This document shows positions 19,882-30,400 of a stretch of DNA of 50,375 nt, in pieces; within the stretch, counting starts at the first letter, position 1; each line of letters begins with the position of its first letter. Source of the DNA: Nanoarchaeales archaeon (GTDB taxonomy: Archaea; Nanobdellota; Nanobdellia; Woesearchaeales; UBA583). The notes under the pieces are model-generated. The model saw only the letters and a list, made by a program, of their open reading frames with translations. It searched no databases and had not been told where the DNA came from. A program made the translations under genes and the position numbers. The stretch spans positions 1-50,375 of the forward strand of contig JABSQY010000005.1 of the NCBI GenBank assembly GCA_013215525.1. Direction: 5' to 3'.

Positions 19882-21306
19882 TTATAAAATAGTTTCTGGT
19901 TCGTATTTAGCCTCTTTAGAATATTTTTCTAAAAGTTCATTTGTAATTTCACATACTTCTTGAATTTGTTTTTTTGCTTTTCCAATAAATTTGTTTTTAT
20001 CACTTAAAATTTCTTCAATTACTTGTTTTGTAATTCCTACTTTATTTAATATTTCTTCATTTCCTAAATTTTCAGCAAGTTGAGGTTCTTTCCCTTGTCT
20101 CATATTTAATGCTTCATTAATTGCGTGTTTTTTAATAATCTCGTGCGCTTGTTCTCTTCCAATTCCTTTTTGAATTGCAAGCATTAAGATTTGTGTTGTT
20201 GCTAAAAACGGTAAATATTTGTCAACTTCTTTACTTATTACAGTTTCATAAGGTCCCATTTCATTTAAAATTGTAAGTGTTGTTTCTAATAATCCATCAA
20301 TTGTATAAAATGCGTCTGGAATTGCTATACGTCTTGTTACAGAACATGATACATCTCCTTCTTCCCATTGATTTCCTGATAAGTTTGCACTCATTGTTAG
20401 ATGTCCTTTTAATATTGCTGCAAATCCGTTTATTCTTTCTGAACTTCTTGTATTCATTTTGTGCGGCATTGCTGAGGAACCTACTTGACCTTCTTTAAAT
20501 CCTTCAGTTACTAAATCATATCCTGCCATTAATCTCATTGAGTTTGCAAAGTTTTCACATGCTGATGTGATTGCTACAAGTTTTGAAATTAATGATAAGT
20601 CAAAAGATCTTGGATATACTTGTCCAGTTGATTTTAATGTTTCTTTAAATCCTAATTGTGTTGCTACAATTTTTTCAAATTCAATTGTTTTTTCTTCTGA
20701 ACCTAATATTTTAATCATATCAATTTGTGTTCCAACTGGACCTTTAATACCTCTTAATGGATATTTTTCAATAAAATTTTCAAAATCTTTTATATGAAAA
20801 TATAATTCTTCAGCCCACATTGAAAATCTTCTTCCAAGTAAAGTTGCTTGTGCTGGTTGGTGGTGAGTTCTTGCAGTTAGAATAATATGGTCGTATTCAT
20901 TTGCTTTGTCTAACATGTGTTTTAATACAGAGATAGATTTTCCTAAAATTATTTTTGAAGATTTTAATATTTGCATTTGTTCAACATTGTCTGTTAAATC
21001 TCTACTTGTCATTCCTTTATGAATGTGTTCTGGCGCGTTTGCAGTTTTTACAAAACTTTCAATGTTTGCTTTTATATCATGTTTTGTTTTCTTTTCAATT
21101 TCTTCAATTTCTTCTAAATTAATATCATTTTTTGAAGACTCATATTTTTCAATATCTTCACTAGGAATATCAATTCCTAACTTTTTTTGCGCTTTCATTA
21201 CACTAATCCATAATTCTCTAAATGCGAGAATTTTACCTTTTTGTGAAAAAATTTCATTAATTTGTTTTGTTGTATATCTTTGAGATAAAACATTTTGATT
21301 TGTCAT
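19882..21306 (-). CDS. purB: Adenylosuccinate lyase
   Basis: HKGMTSRD, RTHHQPAQ, GSSAMPHKMN signature. Confidence 0.96.
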   Translation of the reverse strand: MTNQNVLSQRYTTKQINEIFSQKGKILAFRELWISVMKAQKKLGIDIPSEDIEKYESSKNDINLEEIEEIEKKTKHDIKANIESFVKTANAPEHIHKGMTSRDLTDNVEQMQILKSSKIILGKSISVLKHMLDKANEYDHIILTARTHHQPAQATLLGRRFSMWAEELYFHIKDFENFIEKYPLRGIKGPVGTQIDMIKILGSEEKTIEFEKIVATQLGFKETLKSTGQVYPRSFDLSLISKLVAITSACENFANSMRLMAGYDLVTEGFKEGQVGSSAMPHKMNTRSSERINGFAAILKGHLTMSANLSGNQWEEGDVSCSVTRRIAIPDAFYTIDGLLETTLTILNEMGPYETVISKEVDKYLPFLATTQILMLAIQKGIGREQAHEIIKKHAINEALNMRQGKEPQLAENLGNEEILNKVGITKQVIEEILSDKNKFIGKAKKQIQEVCEITNELLEKYSKEAKYEPETIL

Positions 21307-21415
21307 AATACTTTTTACTTTTTAGAGGTTATAAATATTACTAATTTGTCAAAGTTTTTACTTATCAGTGATACTATTCGAAATATTTATAAAGTTCAAT
21401 TTTTAAATGTATATT

Positions 21416-22177
21416 ATGATGGATTTAAGTAACTTAGAGAATATGGAATATAGTGGGAGAGGAATAGTAATAGGGATGACTCCAAATGGAACTCCTTTTG
21501 TAAATTATACTTTAACAGGTAGAAGCCCTTCAAGTCAAGCAAGAACTCTTGAATGGACCGAAGATGGAATTTCTACATCTCCAACAGATAAGAAAACTTT
21601 AGAAACGGGAAATAAAGCACTATTAGTGTATGATGCAATAAAGTTTTTAGAAAATGGATTAGTTATTAGTAATGGTGCACAAACTAATTTAGTTGCTCAA
21701 ACTTTTCAAAATTTTGATGGAAGTGGATACACTCTTAAAAATATTTTAAAAGAGTCATTTAGAAATCCATATATGATTGAAGATATTGATGTAACTGCAC
21801 ATGAACCAGATTCTCCAATTTTTACTCCTAGAATAACTGGAATTTTAAAAAATAATTTATTTGCTTTTGGAATTTGTAGAAGAGATGAGAATGGAGAGAC
21901 AAGTAGAGTTTATAGTAATGGGACATTAAAACCAGGTCAAGCACATTTTGTATCAACGTATAAGGGAGGAAATGAGAGTCCTATTGTTTTACCTTTTGAT
22001 TTAAATTCAGCTTTAGAAATGACTATTTCTGAGAATGATATTGGAAAATTAAATTCTGCTTTTACTAATGCTATTGTTTGTGATAGAGATAAACACTTTT
22101 TTGTAGCTAGTACAACAGTTGGTCTTAATAATAATAAATTTTCTTCTTATAACATTATTAACCGTGGCGATTTATAA
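21416..22177 (+). CDS. purO: PurO-like IMP cyclohydrolase
   Basis: YSGRGIVIG, GRSPSSQAR, SNGAQT, EPD.P.FTPRITG; start at 21416/21419 suggested by TATA spacing (ORF track start 21407). Confidence 0.85.
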   Translation: MMDLSNLENMEYSGRGIVIGMTPNGTPFVNYTLTGRSPSSQARTLEWTEDGISTSPTDKKTLETGNKALLVYDAIKFLENGLVISNGAQTNLVAQTFQNFDGSGYTLKNILKESFRNPYMIEDIDVTAHEPDSPIFTPRITGILKNNLFAFGICRRDENGETSRVYSNGTLKPGQAHFVSTYKGGNESPIVLPFDLNSALEMTISENDIGKLNSAFTNAIVCDRDKHFFVASTTVGLNNNKFSSYNIINRGDL

Positions 22178-23319
22178 TGGCAGGTGAAAATAGAACATTA
22201 CAATATAGGGAAAAGATGGATTCATCATCTATTCCAAATAATATAATTTTAAATTTAACACAAATTGAAGAATTAAGATATGGGGAAAATCCGGGACAAG
22301 CGGCTAAGTTTTTTGTAGAGTCTGGAAAAAAAAGTTCCTTTGAAGTTATAAAGTCAGGAAAAGGTGGGATGTCTGCAACTAATTGGCTTGACGTTTGTCG
22401 TGGTTATGATTTATTAAAACATTTTGATGATAGTTCAGTTGCTGTGATGAAACATGGTGTTCCTAGTGGAGTTGCTTCAGAGTATACAGATAGAACTTCT
22501 CAAAGAGATATTTATGTTGCGTCAAGAAATTGTGACATACGGTCTGCATTTGGTTCTGTTGTTGCATTTAATAAACCTTTAACAGTTGAGGCTGCAAATG
22601 AATTAAGTAAGTATTTTATTGAAGCAGTTTTAGCGCCTGAGTTTGAGGAAGGTGTACTTGGTATTTTAACTAAAAAAGCTGATATTAGAGCAATTATAAC
22701 TCCTAATTCTTCAAATTTACCTAAATATGAAGAGGATGAAGATGATAGAATTTTTTTAACAACATTACCAGGTGGTTTAATTTTAGCTCAGAAACCATAT
22801 ATGACTGGAATTAAAACTCATAATGATATTCAAAATTCTTATGAAATTGCAAATTCTGATGGACATAGTATTAGTCTTATTAAATCTGCTAATGAGGAAC
22901 AACTTAAAGAGATGGAATTTGCATGGAAAGTAAATTTTGGTGTTAGAAGTAATGGAATTGTTTTTACAAAAGATAGAAAAACTTTAGCAATTGGAACTGG
23001 AGAACAAGAAAGAGTTGGAGCAGTTGAACAAGCAATTGTTAAAGCTTATCAAAAACATGCAAGTTTACATAATATTGATTTTAATTCTTTAAATGGTATT
23101 TCAGATTTAGAAAAAATTATAAGTCCTTTACAGGGTTCAATTTGTTCATCAGATGCATTTTTCCCAAAACCAGATTCTATTGAAACGATGGCAAGAGTAG
23201 GAGTTGCAGGTGTAATTCAACCAGGTGGTTCTAAGGGAGATTATTCAATTGTTAAAGCAATAAATGAAAATAATATGGTTTTAGGTTTATCTGACAAGAG
23301 ATGTTTTGGACATTTTTAA
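22177..23319 (+). CDS. purH: AICAR transformylase (PurH C-terminal domain only)
   Basis: LRYGENP.Q, KHGVPSG, SAFG, RSNGIV, SDAFFP, IQPGGS; no N-terminal IMPCH/MGS domain. Confidence 0.88.
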   Translation: MAGENRTLQYREKMDSSSIPNNIILNLTQIEELRYGENPGQAAKFFVESGKKSSFEVIKSGKGGMSATNWLDVCRGYDLLKHFDDSSVAVMKHGVPSGVASEYTDRTSQRDIYVASRNCDIRSAFGSVVAFNKPLTVEAANELSKYFIEAVLAPEFEEGVLGILTKKADIRAIITPNSSNLPKYEEDEDDRIFLTTLPGGLILAQKPYMTGIKTHNDIQNSYEIANSDGHSISLIKSANEEQLKEMEFAWKVNFGVRSNGIVFTKDRKTLAIGTGEQERVGAVEQAIVKAYQKHASLHNIDFNSLNGISDLEKIISPLQGSICSSDAFFPKPDSIETMARVGVAGVIQPGGSKGDYSIVKAINENNMVLGLSDKRCFGHF

Positions 23320-24242
23320 AATTGGAAAATTATTTAAATACAGGAACTGCTCAAAAAAATCCTTTTTTTCAAGGACTTAATTTTGGGTCTTTATATAGTC
23401 CTCAAGTACAAGGAAAAATGAATGCTGCAGCTTTTATGAGTGGGTCTGGTTCTAATTTTGAAGAAATGTATGGATTAGAAAAAAGATTAGGAAATAATGC
23501 TCCATACAAAATTAAAGTTGTTGTTACAGATACAACAAAAGGATATATTAATGCAGGAAAAATTATTCAAAGAGTTACAGGAAATCAAGATACAATTCCT
23601 AGGATATTTTTGAAACCTTCTGTAATTATTGATGAAAGATTTAAAGGTAAAGATAATCCATTAAAAGAACGAGGTAGAACTCAATACGATATGGCTGTTA
23701 TTGAAGAATTAGATTCACATAATGTAAATTTTGGAATTTTAGCAGGATATATGAGATTATTATCAACTGATTTTATTACTAGATTAGGTTTTAATAATGT
23801 ACACCCATCACCTTTAAATGTAATTAATAAATTTACTGGAGAAAGAGAATTCACTGGGGATAATGCAGTTAGAGATCAAATTTTAGCAGGGAGAAATTAT
23901 TTACAATCAACTGTAAATGTTGCAAGAGCAGGAGCAGATACAGGAGAAATTTTAATGATTTCAAATAAATCAAATATTGATTTAGGTGGATATTCATTAG
24001 ATGATTTAAGAAATAATGATGATTTATTAAATAAAATAATTAGTTCTAATCAAGATAGATTAAAGAAAATTGGAGATTTAGATATTTTTCCAAAATCAAT
24101 GATTTTAACTGCATTAGGAAAATATAAATTTAATCCTAATGGTAAATTAATGTTTAATGATGTTGTAAAGTTTAAAAATTCTAGTGAAATGAAAATGGAT
24201 GAATTTAATAGAGCGTTAAAACACTTATCAATTAGAGTTTAA
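23301..24242 (+). CDS. purN: Phosphoribosylglycinamide formyltransferase
   Basis: FMSGSGSN, LAGYMRLL, NVHPS, DTGEIL; start uncertain (ATG 23301 or TTG 23322). Confidence 0.88.
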   Translation: MFWTFLKLENYLNTGTAQKNPFFQGLNFGSLYSPQVQGKMNAAAFMSGSGSNFEEMYGLEKRLGNNAPYKIKVVVTDTTKGYINAGKIIQRVTGNQDTIPRIFLKPSVIIDERFKGKDNPLKERGRTQYDMAVIEELDSHNVNFGILAGYMRLLSTDFITRLGFNNVHPSPLNVINKFTGEREFTGDNAVRDQILAGRNYLQSTVNVARAGADTGEILMISNKSNIDLGGYSLDDLRNNDDLLNKIISSNQDRLKKIGDLDIFPKSMILTALGKYKFNPNGKLMFNDVVKFKNSSEMKMDEFNRALKHLSIRV

Positions 24243-24278
24243 CGTAATGTTTATAATCTCTTAATTTATATATTTTTT

Positions 24279-25403
24279 ATGAGTGAAAAAATTACATATA
24301 AGGATGCTGGAGTTAATGTTGATTTAGGTAATGAGGCGTCAAAAATTTTTTATAAAGCGTCAAAATTATCTTGGAATAATAGGGTTGGAAAGTTTGGGGA
24401 AGTTAAATCTTCTCAGAATTCTTTTTCAGGTTTAAGATTTTTAGATTTAGGGGATACTCCAAAAGGTACTAAAGTTTCATTAAGTTCAGATGGGATTGGT
24501 ACAAAAGTTGAGATTGCTGAGAGAATGAAAAATCATTCAACAATTGCTTTTGATTTGATTGCAATGGTTGCAGATGATGCAGTTGTTAGAGGTGGAGTTC
24601 CTATTTCTTTAGCTACAGTTTTAGATGTTAATTCTTTAAGTAAAGATAAAAATGTTTTTAAGTATTTACAACAATTAGGAGAAGGATATACAAAAGCTGC
24701 AGATAGTGCTGGTATTTCAATTTCAAATGGAGAACTTGCAGAGTTGCCAGATAGAATTTGCGGGTATGGTGATTTTAATTATAATTGGGGTTCAACTCTT
24801 TTATGGGCATCAACGTCTGATAAATTAATTGATGGGTCTAAGGTTGAAGTTGGTTCAAGTGTTGTATTTTTACAGGAAAAAGGATTTAGGTCTAATGGTT
24901 TTTCTTTGTTAAGAAAAATCATGAAATCTAATTTTGGTGATGAGTGGCATAATAAAGAAGTTGATGGAATTAAGTTAGGAGAAGAAGCTTTAATTCCTTC
25001 AACAATTTATTGTAAATGTGTTGTTGATATGATTGGAGATTTAGGTGAAGATGCTAAGTGTAATGTTCAAGCTGTGTCTCATATTACTGGTGGAGGAGTT
25101 CCAGAAAAATTAGGAAGAGTTTTAGAAGAAGTTAATTTGGGTTTAGAATTAGATAATTTATATACTCCTAATGCTTTGATGTTAAAGTGTCAAGAACTTG
25201 CAAGTATTCCTGATGAAGAGATTTACAAGACTTGGTGTATGGGTCAAGGAATGGCAATTATTACTAATGAACCTGAAAAGGTTATAGCTATTGCTAAAGA
25301 ACATAATATTGATGCTAAAGTTGGTGGAAAAATTGTATCTGGACAAAAAATTAGAATTAAAAGTCAAGGTTTTTTTAAAAAAGATGAGTGGTTAGAGTTC
25401 TAA
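24279..25403 (+). CDS. purM: AIR synthetase
   Basis: TYKDAGV, DGIGTK, GELAELP, SNGFSL, HITGGG, MGQGM. Confidence 0.96.
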   Translation: MSEKITYKDAGVNVDLGNEASKIFYKASKLSWNNRVGKFGEVKSSQNSFSGLRFLDLGDTPKGTKVSLSSDGIGTKVEIAERMKNHSTIAFDLIAMVADDAVVRGGVPISLATVLDVNSLSKDKNVFKYLQQLGEGYTKAADSAGISISNGELAELPDRICGYGDFNYNWGSTLLWASTSDKLIDGSKVEVGSSVVFLQEKGFRSNGFSLLRKIMKSNFGDEWHNKEVDGIKLGEEALIPSTIYCKCVVDMIGDLGEDAKCNVQAVSHITGGGVPEKLGRVLEEVNLGLELDNLYTPNALMLKCQELASIPDEEIYKTWCMGQGMAIITNEPEKVIAIAKEHNIDAKVGGKIVSGQKIRIKSQGFFKKDEWLEF

Positions 25404-25698
25404 TTATCATTTTATTTTTTATTTTATTTTTATTTAAATTATAGTATTCTAATTTGGTTCAAATTTGAAACTAAGTTGTTATCCTTGAGTATGACACTCA
25501 ATTCTTTTATTAGATTCTTTGTTATTTATATTTATGTTAAAAATATTTTAATGTATATTATAGTTATATAATATTTAGATAGTATTAATATTTATTTATA
25601 TTGTGTACGTAATGTATATGTATTGTATAATATTAGATTTTAATTATTATTTAATTAATTTTTAACAATGTTTTTAAACATAAAATTTGTAATTTAAA

Positions 25699-27195
25699 AT
25701 GATGAGAAAGATAATTTTGATTTTATTTGTATTTTTGAGTTTTATTATTAGTTTTAGTATTGTAAATTCTGCAACTTTGTCTAATATTTATGATATTTCA
25801 GTTGAACTTGTGTCTGATAAATCTGAATATATTGAAGGTGAGGGGATGAAGTTGAGTTTAGAAGTTACTAATCCATCTAGCAAAGATGTTTTTGGGCAGT
25901 TGTCTGGGAGTTCTATTGTTGGAAATACTGGTTTTGATATTTCTTGTATTGAATTTAATTTTCCTAAATCTCAAGGTTTGTCACTTCAGATTTTATCTGC
26001 GCAGGCGCAAATGAGTTCTTCAAATACTAAGACAATTACCTTGTTTTCTTCTTGTGGAGGTTCTCAATCTCAGTCAACTCAGACAATTGTTGATAATAGT
26101 GTTGCTGTAAATTCTGTTGATTCAGAAGTTGTTACACTTAATCCTTTTACTTTAAAGTATAGTTTTAATGGAACTGATTATGAAGTGTTGAGTAATAGTT
26201 TAGATATTACAATTCGTAAGAAGACTGAAGAGGAGAAAGAGCAAGAACAAGAACAACAAGAACAACAAGAACAACAAGAACAACAAGAGCAGGAACAAAA
26301 GGAGCAACAGCAACAAGAACAACAACAGTCTGAACAAGAAAAACAACAACAGCAGCAAAATCAAAAGGAATCAGAACAAAATAAACAATCTGGTCAACAA
26401 CAACAAAACACACAGAGTAATGGACAACAACAAGCTCAAAATCAACAACAATCAGAGGAGCAGAAGTCTGGCGAAGATGGAGAGTCTAAAGATTCCGATG
26501 GTTCTGAGAATGAAATGCCTGAACTTCCAAAGGGGGAACAGTTAAGCCAAAAGAAACAACAAGCTTTGAAAAATAATCAACAAAATCAACAAAGTTTATC
26601 TCAATTAAAAAATGAGATTTCAAAGATTAAAGTTAATGAGTCACAGTTGTCAAAAAAGAATTTAAGTTTTAATAATCAAACTTTAAATCAAAGTTTAGAG
26701 TTACTTGAAGAAACTCAATTAAAAGAATTAGAGGATGAAAAGAATAATAATTGGAAAATTATATTTGCATCTTTATTGTTTTTTGGATTGTTATATTTTA
26801 TTTATGTTAGATATTTTAAAAAAGTTCCAGAAGTAGTTAACTCAAAAGAAATTTTAGAAGATGAAGTTCCATATTATTTAGAGTTACTAGATTTAGTTTT
26901 AGTTGAACTGGAGTATAAAAATCGTGTGAAGTTGCTTGCTCAGAGTGTGCGTGAGTTTTTGTTTGTTGAGAAAAATTTAAAAAAAGTTCCAACGAATAAT
27001 ATTGGATTAAAAATTACAAAAAATAAATTGTTTAAAGATATTTTAAAAAGAGCAGAATTTATTGAATTTGCTAGAAGTTTAGATAAGTTAGAGATTAAAG
27101 AGTTAATTATTAAATTAAAGAAAGAGTATAAAATTTTAGATAAAAAAGTTGATATAGTTTCAAATAAAAATATTAATGAGGTTTCAAAAAAATGA
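25699..27195 (+). CDS. Exported membrane-anchored protein with Gln/Glu-rich linker (Bat-operon accessory, BatD/BatC-like)
   Basis: Signal peptide, Ig-like beta region, Q/E-rich tract, TM helix, C-terminal helical domain; first gene of the MoxR operon. Confidence 0.7.
   Translation: MMRKIILILFVFLSFIISFSIVNSATLSNIYDISVELVSDKSEYIEGEGMKLSLEVTNPSSKDVFGQLSGSSIVGNTGFDISCIEFNFPKSQGLSLQILSAQAQMSSSNTKTITLFSSCGGSQSQSTQTIVDNSVAVNSVDSEVVTLNPFTLKYSFNGTDYEVLSNSLDITIRKKTEEEKEQEQEQQEQQEQQEQQEQEQKEQQQQEQQQSEQEKQQQQQNQKESEQNKQSGQQQQNTQSNGQQQAQNQQQSEEQKSGEDGESKDSDGSENEMPELPKGEQLSQKKQQALKNNQQNQQSLSQLKNEISKIKVNESQLSKKNLSFNNQTLNQSLELLEETQLKELEDEKNNNWKIIFASLLFFGLLYFIYVRYFKKVPEVVNSKEILEDEVPYYLELLDLVLVELEYKNRVKLLAQSVREFLFVEKNLKKVPTNNIGLKITKNKLFKDILKRAEFIEFARSLDKLEIKELIIKLKKEYKILDKKVDIVSNKNINEVSKK
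26251..26286 (+). repeat. Coding tandem repeat (GAACAACAA)x4 within a longer Q/E low-complexity tract (~26220-26465)
   Basis: Directly visible 9-bp unit. Confidence 0.85.
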
Positions 27196-28175
27196 GTCAA
27201 AATAAAGAATTATTAAAAAAAATTGAGAGTAAAGCAAAGATTATTAGTTCATTAAAAAATGAATTAGGAAAAGTTATTGTTGGTCAAAAAGAAATTATTG
27301 AGAAAACAATTATTTGTGTTTTAGCGAATGGGAATTTATTATTAGAGGGTGCGCCTGGTCTTGCTAAAACTTTATTGATTAACACACTTGCTGATGCTAG
27401 TAGTTGTAGTTTTTCAAGAATTCAATTTACTCCTGATTTATTACCTTCAGATATTATTGGAACTAAAATTTTTAATCAAAAAGATTCTACTTTTGAGACT
27501 AAAAAAGGTCCGATTTTTGCAAACTTTGTACTTGCTGATGAGATTAATCGTGCGCCACCAAAAACGCAGTCAGCACTTCTTGAAGCTATGGCTGAGAAAC
27601 AAGTTACAATTCTTGGAGACACATATAAATTAGATAAACCATTTTTAGTTTTTGCAACTCAAAATCCAATTGAACAAGAGGGGACTTATCCTTTACCTGA
27701 AGCGCAAATTGATAGATTTATGTTTAAGTTACTTGTAGAATATCCATCTAAATCTGAGGAACTTGAAATTCTTGAAAGAATGACTACTAATGTTTTCCCT
27801 AGCGCGAACGCGATTATTTCAAATGATGAAATTATTGAATTACAAACTCTTGTACGTGAGGTATATATTGATGATTTAGTTAAAGAGTATATTGTATCAA
27901 TTGTTGATGCTACTAGAAATCCAAAAGAGTATGATGTTGAGTATGGGAAATTTATTGAGTGGGGAGCAAGTCCACGTGCCAATATTTTTTTAACTCTTGG
28001 AGCAAAAGCGTGCGCGTTAGTTGATGGGCGTGAGTATGTGAATTCAGATGATGTGAAAAAAATAGTTTATGATATTTTACGTCATAGATTAATTTTAAGT
28101 TATGAAGCTGATATTGAAAATGTTTCAACACATGATGTGATTGATGAAATTTTAGAAAAGGTTAAATGTCCATAA
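27192..28175 (+). CDS. moxR: MoxR-family AAA+ ATPase
   Basis: EGAPGLAKT, RIQFTPDLLPSD, LADEINRAPPKTQSALLEAM, NPIEQEGTYPLPEAQ. Confidence 0.95.
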   Translation: MSQNKELLKKIESKAKIISSLKNELGKVIVGQKEIIEKTIICVLANGNLLLEGAPGLAKTLLINTLADASSCSFSRIQFTPDLLPSDIIGTKIFNQKDSTFETKKGPIFANFVLADEINRAPPKTQSALLEAMAEKQVTILGDTYKLDKPFLVFATQNPIEQEGTYPLPEAQIDRFMFKLLVEYPSKSEELEILERMTTNVFPSANAIISNDEIIELQTLVREVYIDDLVKEYIVSIVDATRNPKEYDVEYGKFIEWGASPRANIFLTLGAKACALVDGREYVNSDDVKKIVYDILRHRLILSYEADIENVSTHDVIDEILEKVKCP

Positions 28176-28196
28176 ATTTAAGATGGTAAATTAAAA

Positions 28197-29036
28197 ATGA
28201 CAAGTTTATTAATTAATAAAGATTATAAAAAATTTAGATATTTGTTTAAGAATTCTAAAAATTTGTTTGCTGGAAAATATTCTTCAAAACTAAAAGGACA
28301 AGGTGTAGAATTTTGTGATTTGAAAGTTTATGAGTTTGGAGATGATGTTCGTAAGATTGATTGGAATGTGACTGCGAGAATGAATGTTCCTTTTGTAAGA
28401 GAATTTTTAGAAGAAAAAGATGCTTCACACTATTTTTTAATTGATGCGTCTGGAAGTATGTTTAATAAGTTAGATGAAATTAAAAAATTAGTTTCAACTT
28501 TAATTTTTGCTTGTAATGGTTTTTCAGATAATTTTTCTGTTGTTATATGTAGAAAGAATTTTTTAAAAGTTGTTCCATTGTCAAAAGGAAAAAAACATTT
28601 AATTAGATGTATTTATGAATTATCAGAATTAAAAGAAGAAGGGTTTGGAGATATAAATGTTGGTTTAAAATATTTATTATCTACAATTAAAAAGAATTCA
28701 GTAATTTCAATTATTTGTGATGATTTGGATTTAGCAGATGATACTTTAAGTTTTATTACAGCTCTGAAAAAAAGAAATAAAGTTAGTTATTTTAATTTTT
28801 ATAATTCAACAGAATTAGAGTTTGATTTAGGACTTGATGTGTTTACGGATTCTGAGTCTGGTGAAGATGTGATGTATGATTTGGATGATGATGAAGTTTA
28901 TGAAATTATTTTAAGTTTTAATAATAAGTTAAAAAATTGTGAGAAATTAATTAAAAGAACTGGATCAAAGTATTTTAATTTTGATTGTAAATCTAGTGTT
29001 GTTGATGCTATGAGACTTGAGAGGTTTGAGATTTAA
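28197..29036 (+). CDS. DUF58 family protein
   Basis: G.GVEF..Y..GDDVRKIDWNVTAR, LIDASGSM. Confidence 0.9.
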   Translation: MTSLLINKDYKKFRYLFKNSKNLFAGKYSSKLKGQGVEFCDLKVYEFGDDVRKIDWNVTARMNVPFVREFLEEKDASHYFLIDASGSMFNKLDEIKKLVSTLIFACNGFSDNFSVVICRKNFLKVVPLSKGKKHLIRCIYELSELKEEGFGDINVGLKYLLSTIKKNSVISIICDDLDLADDTLSFITALKKRNKVSYFNFYNSTELEFDLGLDVFTDSESGEDVMYDLDDDEVYEIILSFNNKLKNCEKLIKRTGSKYFNFDCKSSVVDAMRLERFEI

Positions 29037-29037
29037 A

Positions 29038-29991
29038 ATGACTGAATACCTTAAGTTTACTGATGCATGGATTGTATGGGTTGGAGTTATTTTTATTGTT
29101 TTATTTTTATTAGTATATTATTTTTATTTAAAGAAAAAGAAATATTTAGCAAAAAAAATTTCATCAAATTCGATGATAGGTTCTATTGTTCGTAAAAAGT
29201 CTAAGAAAGAATTATGGATGAATTTATTTTTAGTGTTTTCAATTTTTATGTTGTTTGTTGCGTTATCAGACCCTCATATTAGAATGAATGATGAGAAAGA
29301 AGGAATTTCTGTTGTGCTTGTGATTGATAGTTCTGGGTCAATGATTGCTAATGATTTTAAACCTAACAGGATGGAGGCTGCAAAGATTTCTGCAGCAAAC
29401 TTTGTTGAGCAAATGAATTTAAAAGATACAATTGGTGTTGTAAGTTTTTCAGATTCAACAAGAATTGTATCTTTTTTAAGACAGGACACAGACAAAATTA
29501 TTAATTCGATTGCAACTATTTCAGCGAATGGTAGAACTGCAATTGGTGATGGGCTTGCGATGGGTGTTGATATGGTTGCATCAATTCCTAATAAAAAAAG
29601 GCTTGTAATTTTGTTATCAGATGGAGAACAAACTGCGGGACAAATTTCTATTGAAGATGGTATTAAATATGCTCAAAGTGAGGATGTAATTGTGTATACT
29701 GTTGGAGTTGGTTCAAAGGATGAAGTTGTTCTTGGACACGATTTTTGGGGTAGGCCACAAGTTGCAAGACTTGATGAGAAAAGTTTGAAAAAGATTGCTC
29801 TTGAAACTGGAGGTGCATATTTTCGTGCTCGTGATAATGTTGCGCTTGAGAGTATTTATGAAAATTTACCAGATAGAATTAAGAAAGAAAAAGAACTTGT
29901 ATCCGTTAAAGAAGAAACTGTGGTTTTAGTAATTATTATGCTTATTTCAATTCTTGCTTTGAAGTATTATAAGCGTGTGAAAATTTGGTAA
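29038..29991 (+). CDS. vWA domain membrane protein (BatA-like)
   Basis: N-terminal TMs, MIDAS DSSGS, TAIGDG, LLSDG, IALETGGAYF. Confidence 0.9.
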   Translation: MTEYLKFTDAWIVWVGVIFIVLFLLVYYFYLKKKKYLAKKISSNSMIGSIVRKKSKKELWMNLFLVFSIFMLFVALSDPHIRMNDEKEGISVVLVIDSSGSMIANDFKPNRMEAAKISAANFVEQMNLKDTIGVVSFSDSTRIVSFLRQDTDKIINSIATISANGRTAIGDGLAMGVDMVASIPNKKRLVILLSDGEQTAGQISIEDGIKYAQSEDVIVYTVGVGSKDEVVLGHDFWGRPQVARLDEKSLKKIALETGGAYFRARDNVALESIYENLPDRIKKEKELVSVKEETVVLVIIMLISILALKYYKRVKIW

Positions 29992-30013
29992 TTTTAACGA
30001 AGTTAAAATTATT

Positions 30014-30355
30014 TTATTTATCTGACCAAACTGCTAGTTCATTTCCTGATGGGTCGATGAATTGTAATCTGTGTCCTCCTGGAAATGAAAAGATATCCTT
30101 AGATATCTTACCATTAGAATTTAGTATTTTTTCTTTTATTTCTTTAAGTTCTTTGTAAAATAATACAACTAATGCACCGTTTATAATTTCATCTTTAGTT
30201 TTTTCAAAACCACCATAAATTCCACTATTTGAAAAACTTGTATACTCTGGTCCATAGTCTGTAAATTTCCAGTTGAATACTTTTGAGTAAAATACTTTTA
30301 TTTCTTCAAGATTGTTTGCTTTAAATTCTATATAATTTATTTTATTGTTTTCCAT
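30014..30355 (-). CDS. VOC/glyoxalase family protein
   Basis: INYIEF, FYSKVFNWKFTDYGPEY, FPGG.R..F.DPSGNELAVWS. Confidence 0.9.
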   Translation of the reverse strand: MENNKINYIEFKANNLEEIKVFYSKVFNWKFTDYGPEYTSFSNSGIYGGFEKTKDEIINGALVVLFYKELKEIKEKILNSNGKISKDIFSFPGGHRLQFIDPSGNELAVWSDK

Positions 30356-30400
30356 AAATTTTGAGAAGTTTTATAAGTTATAATATTTTGTTTTATATTT

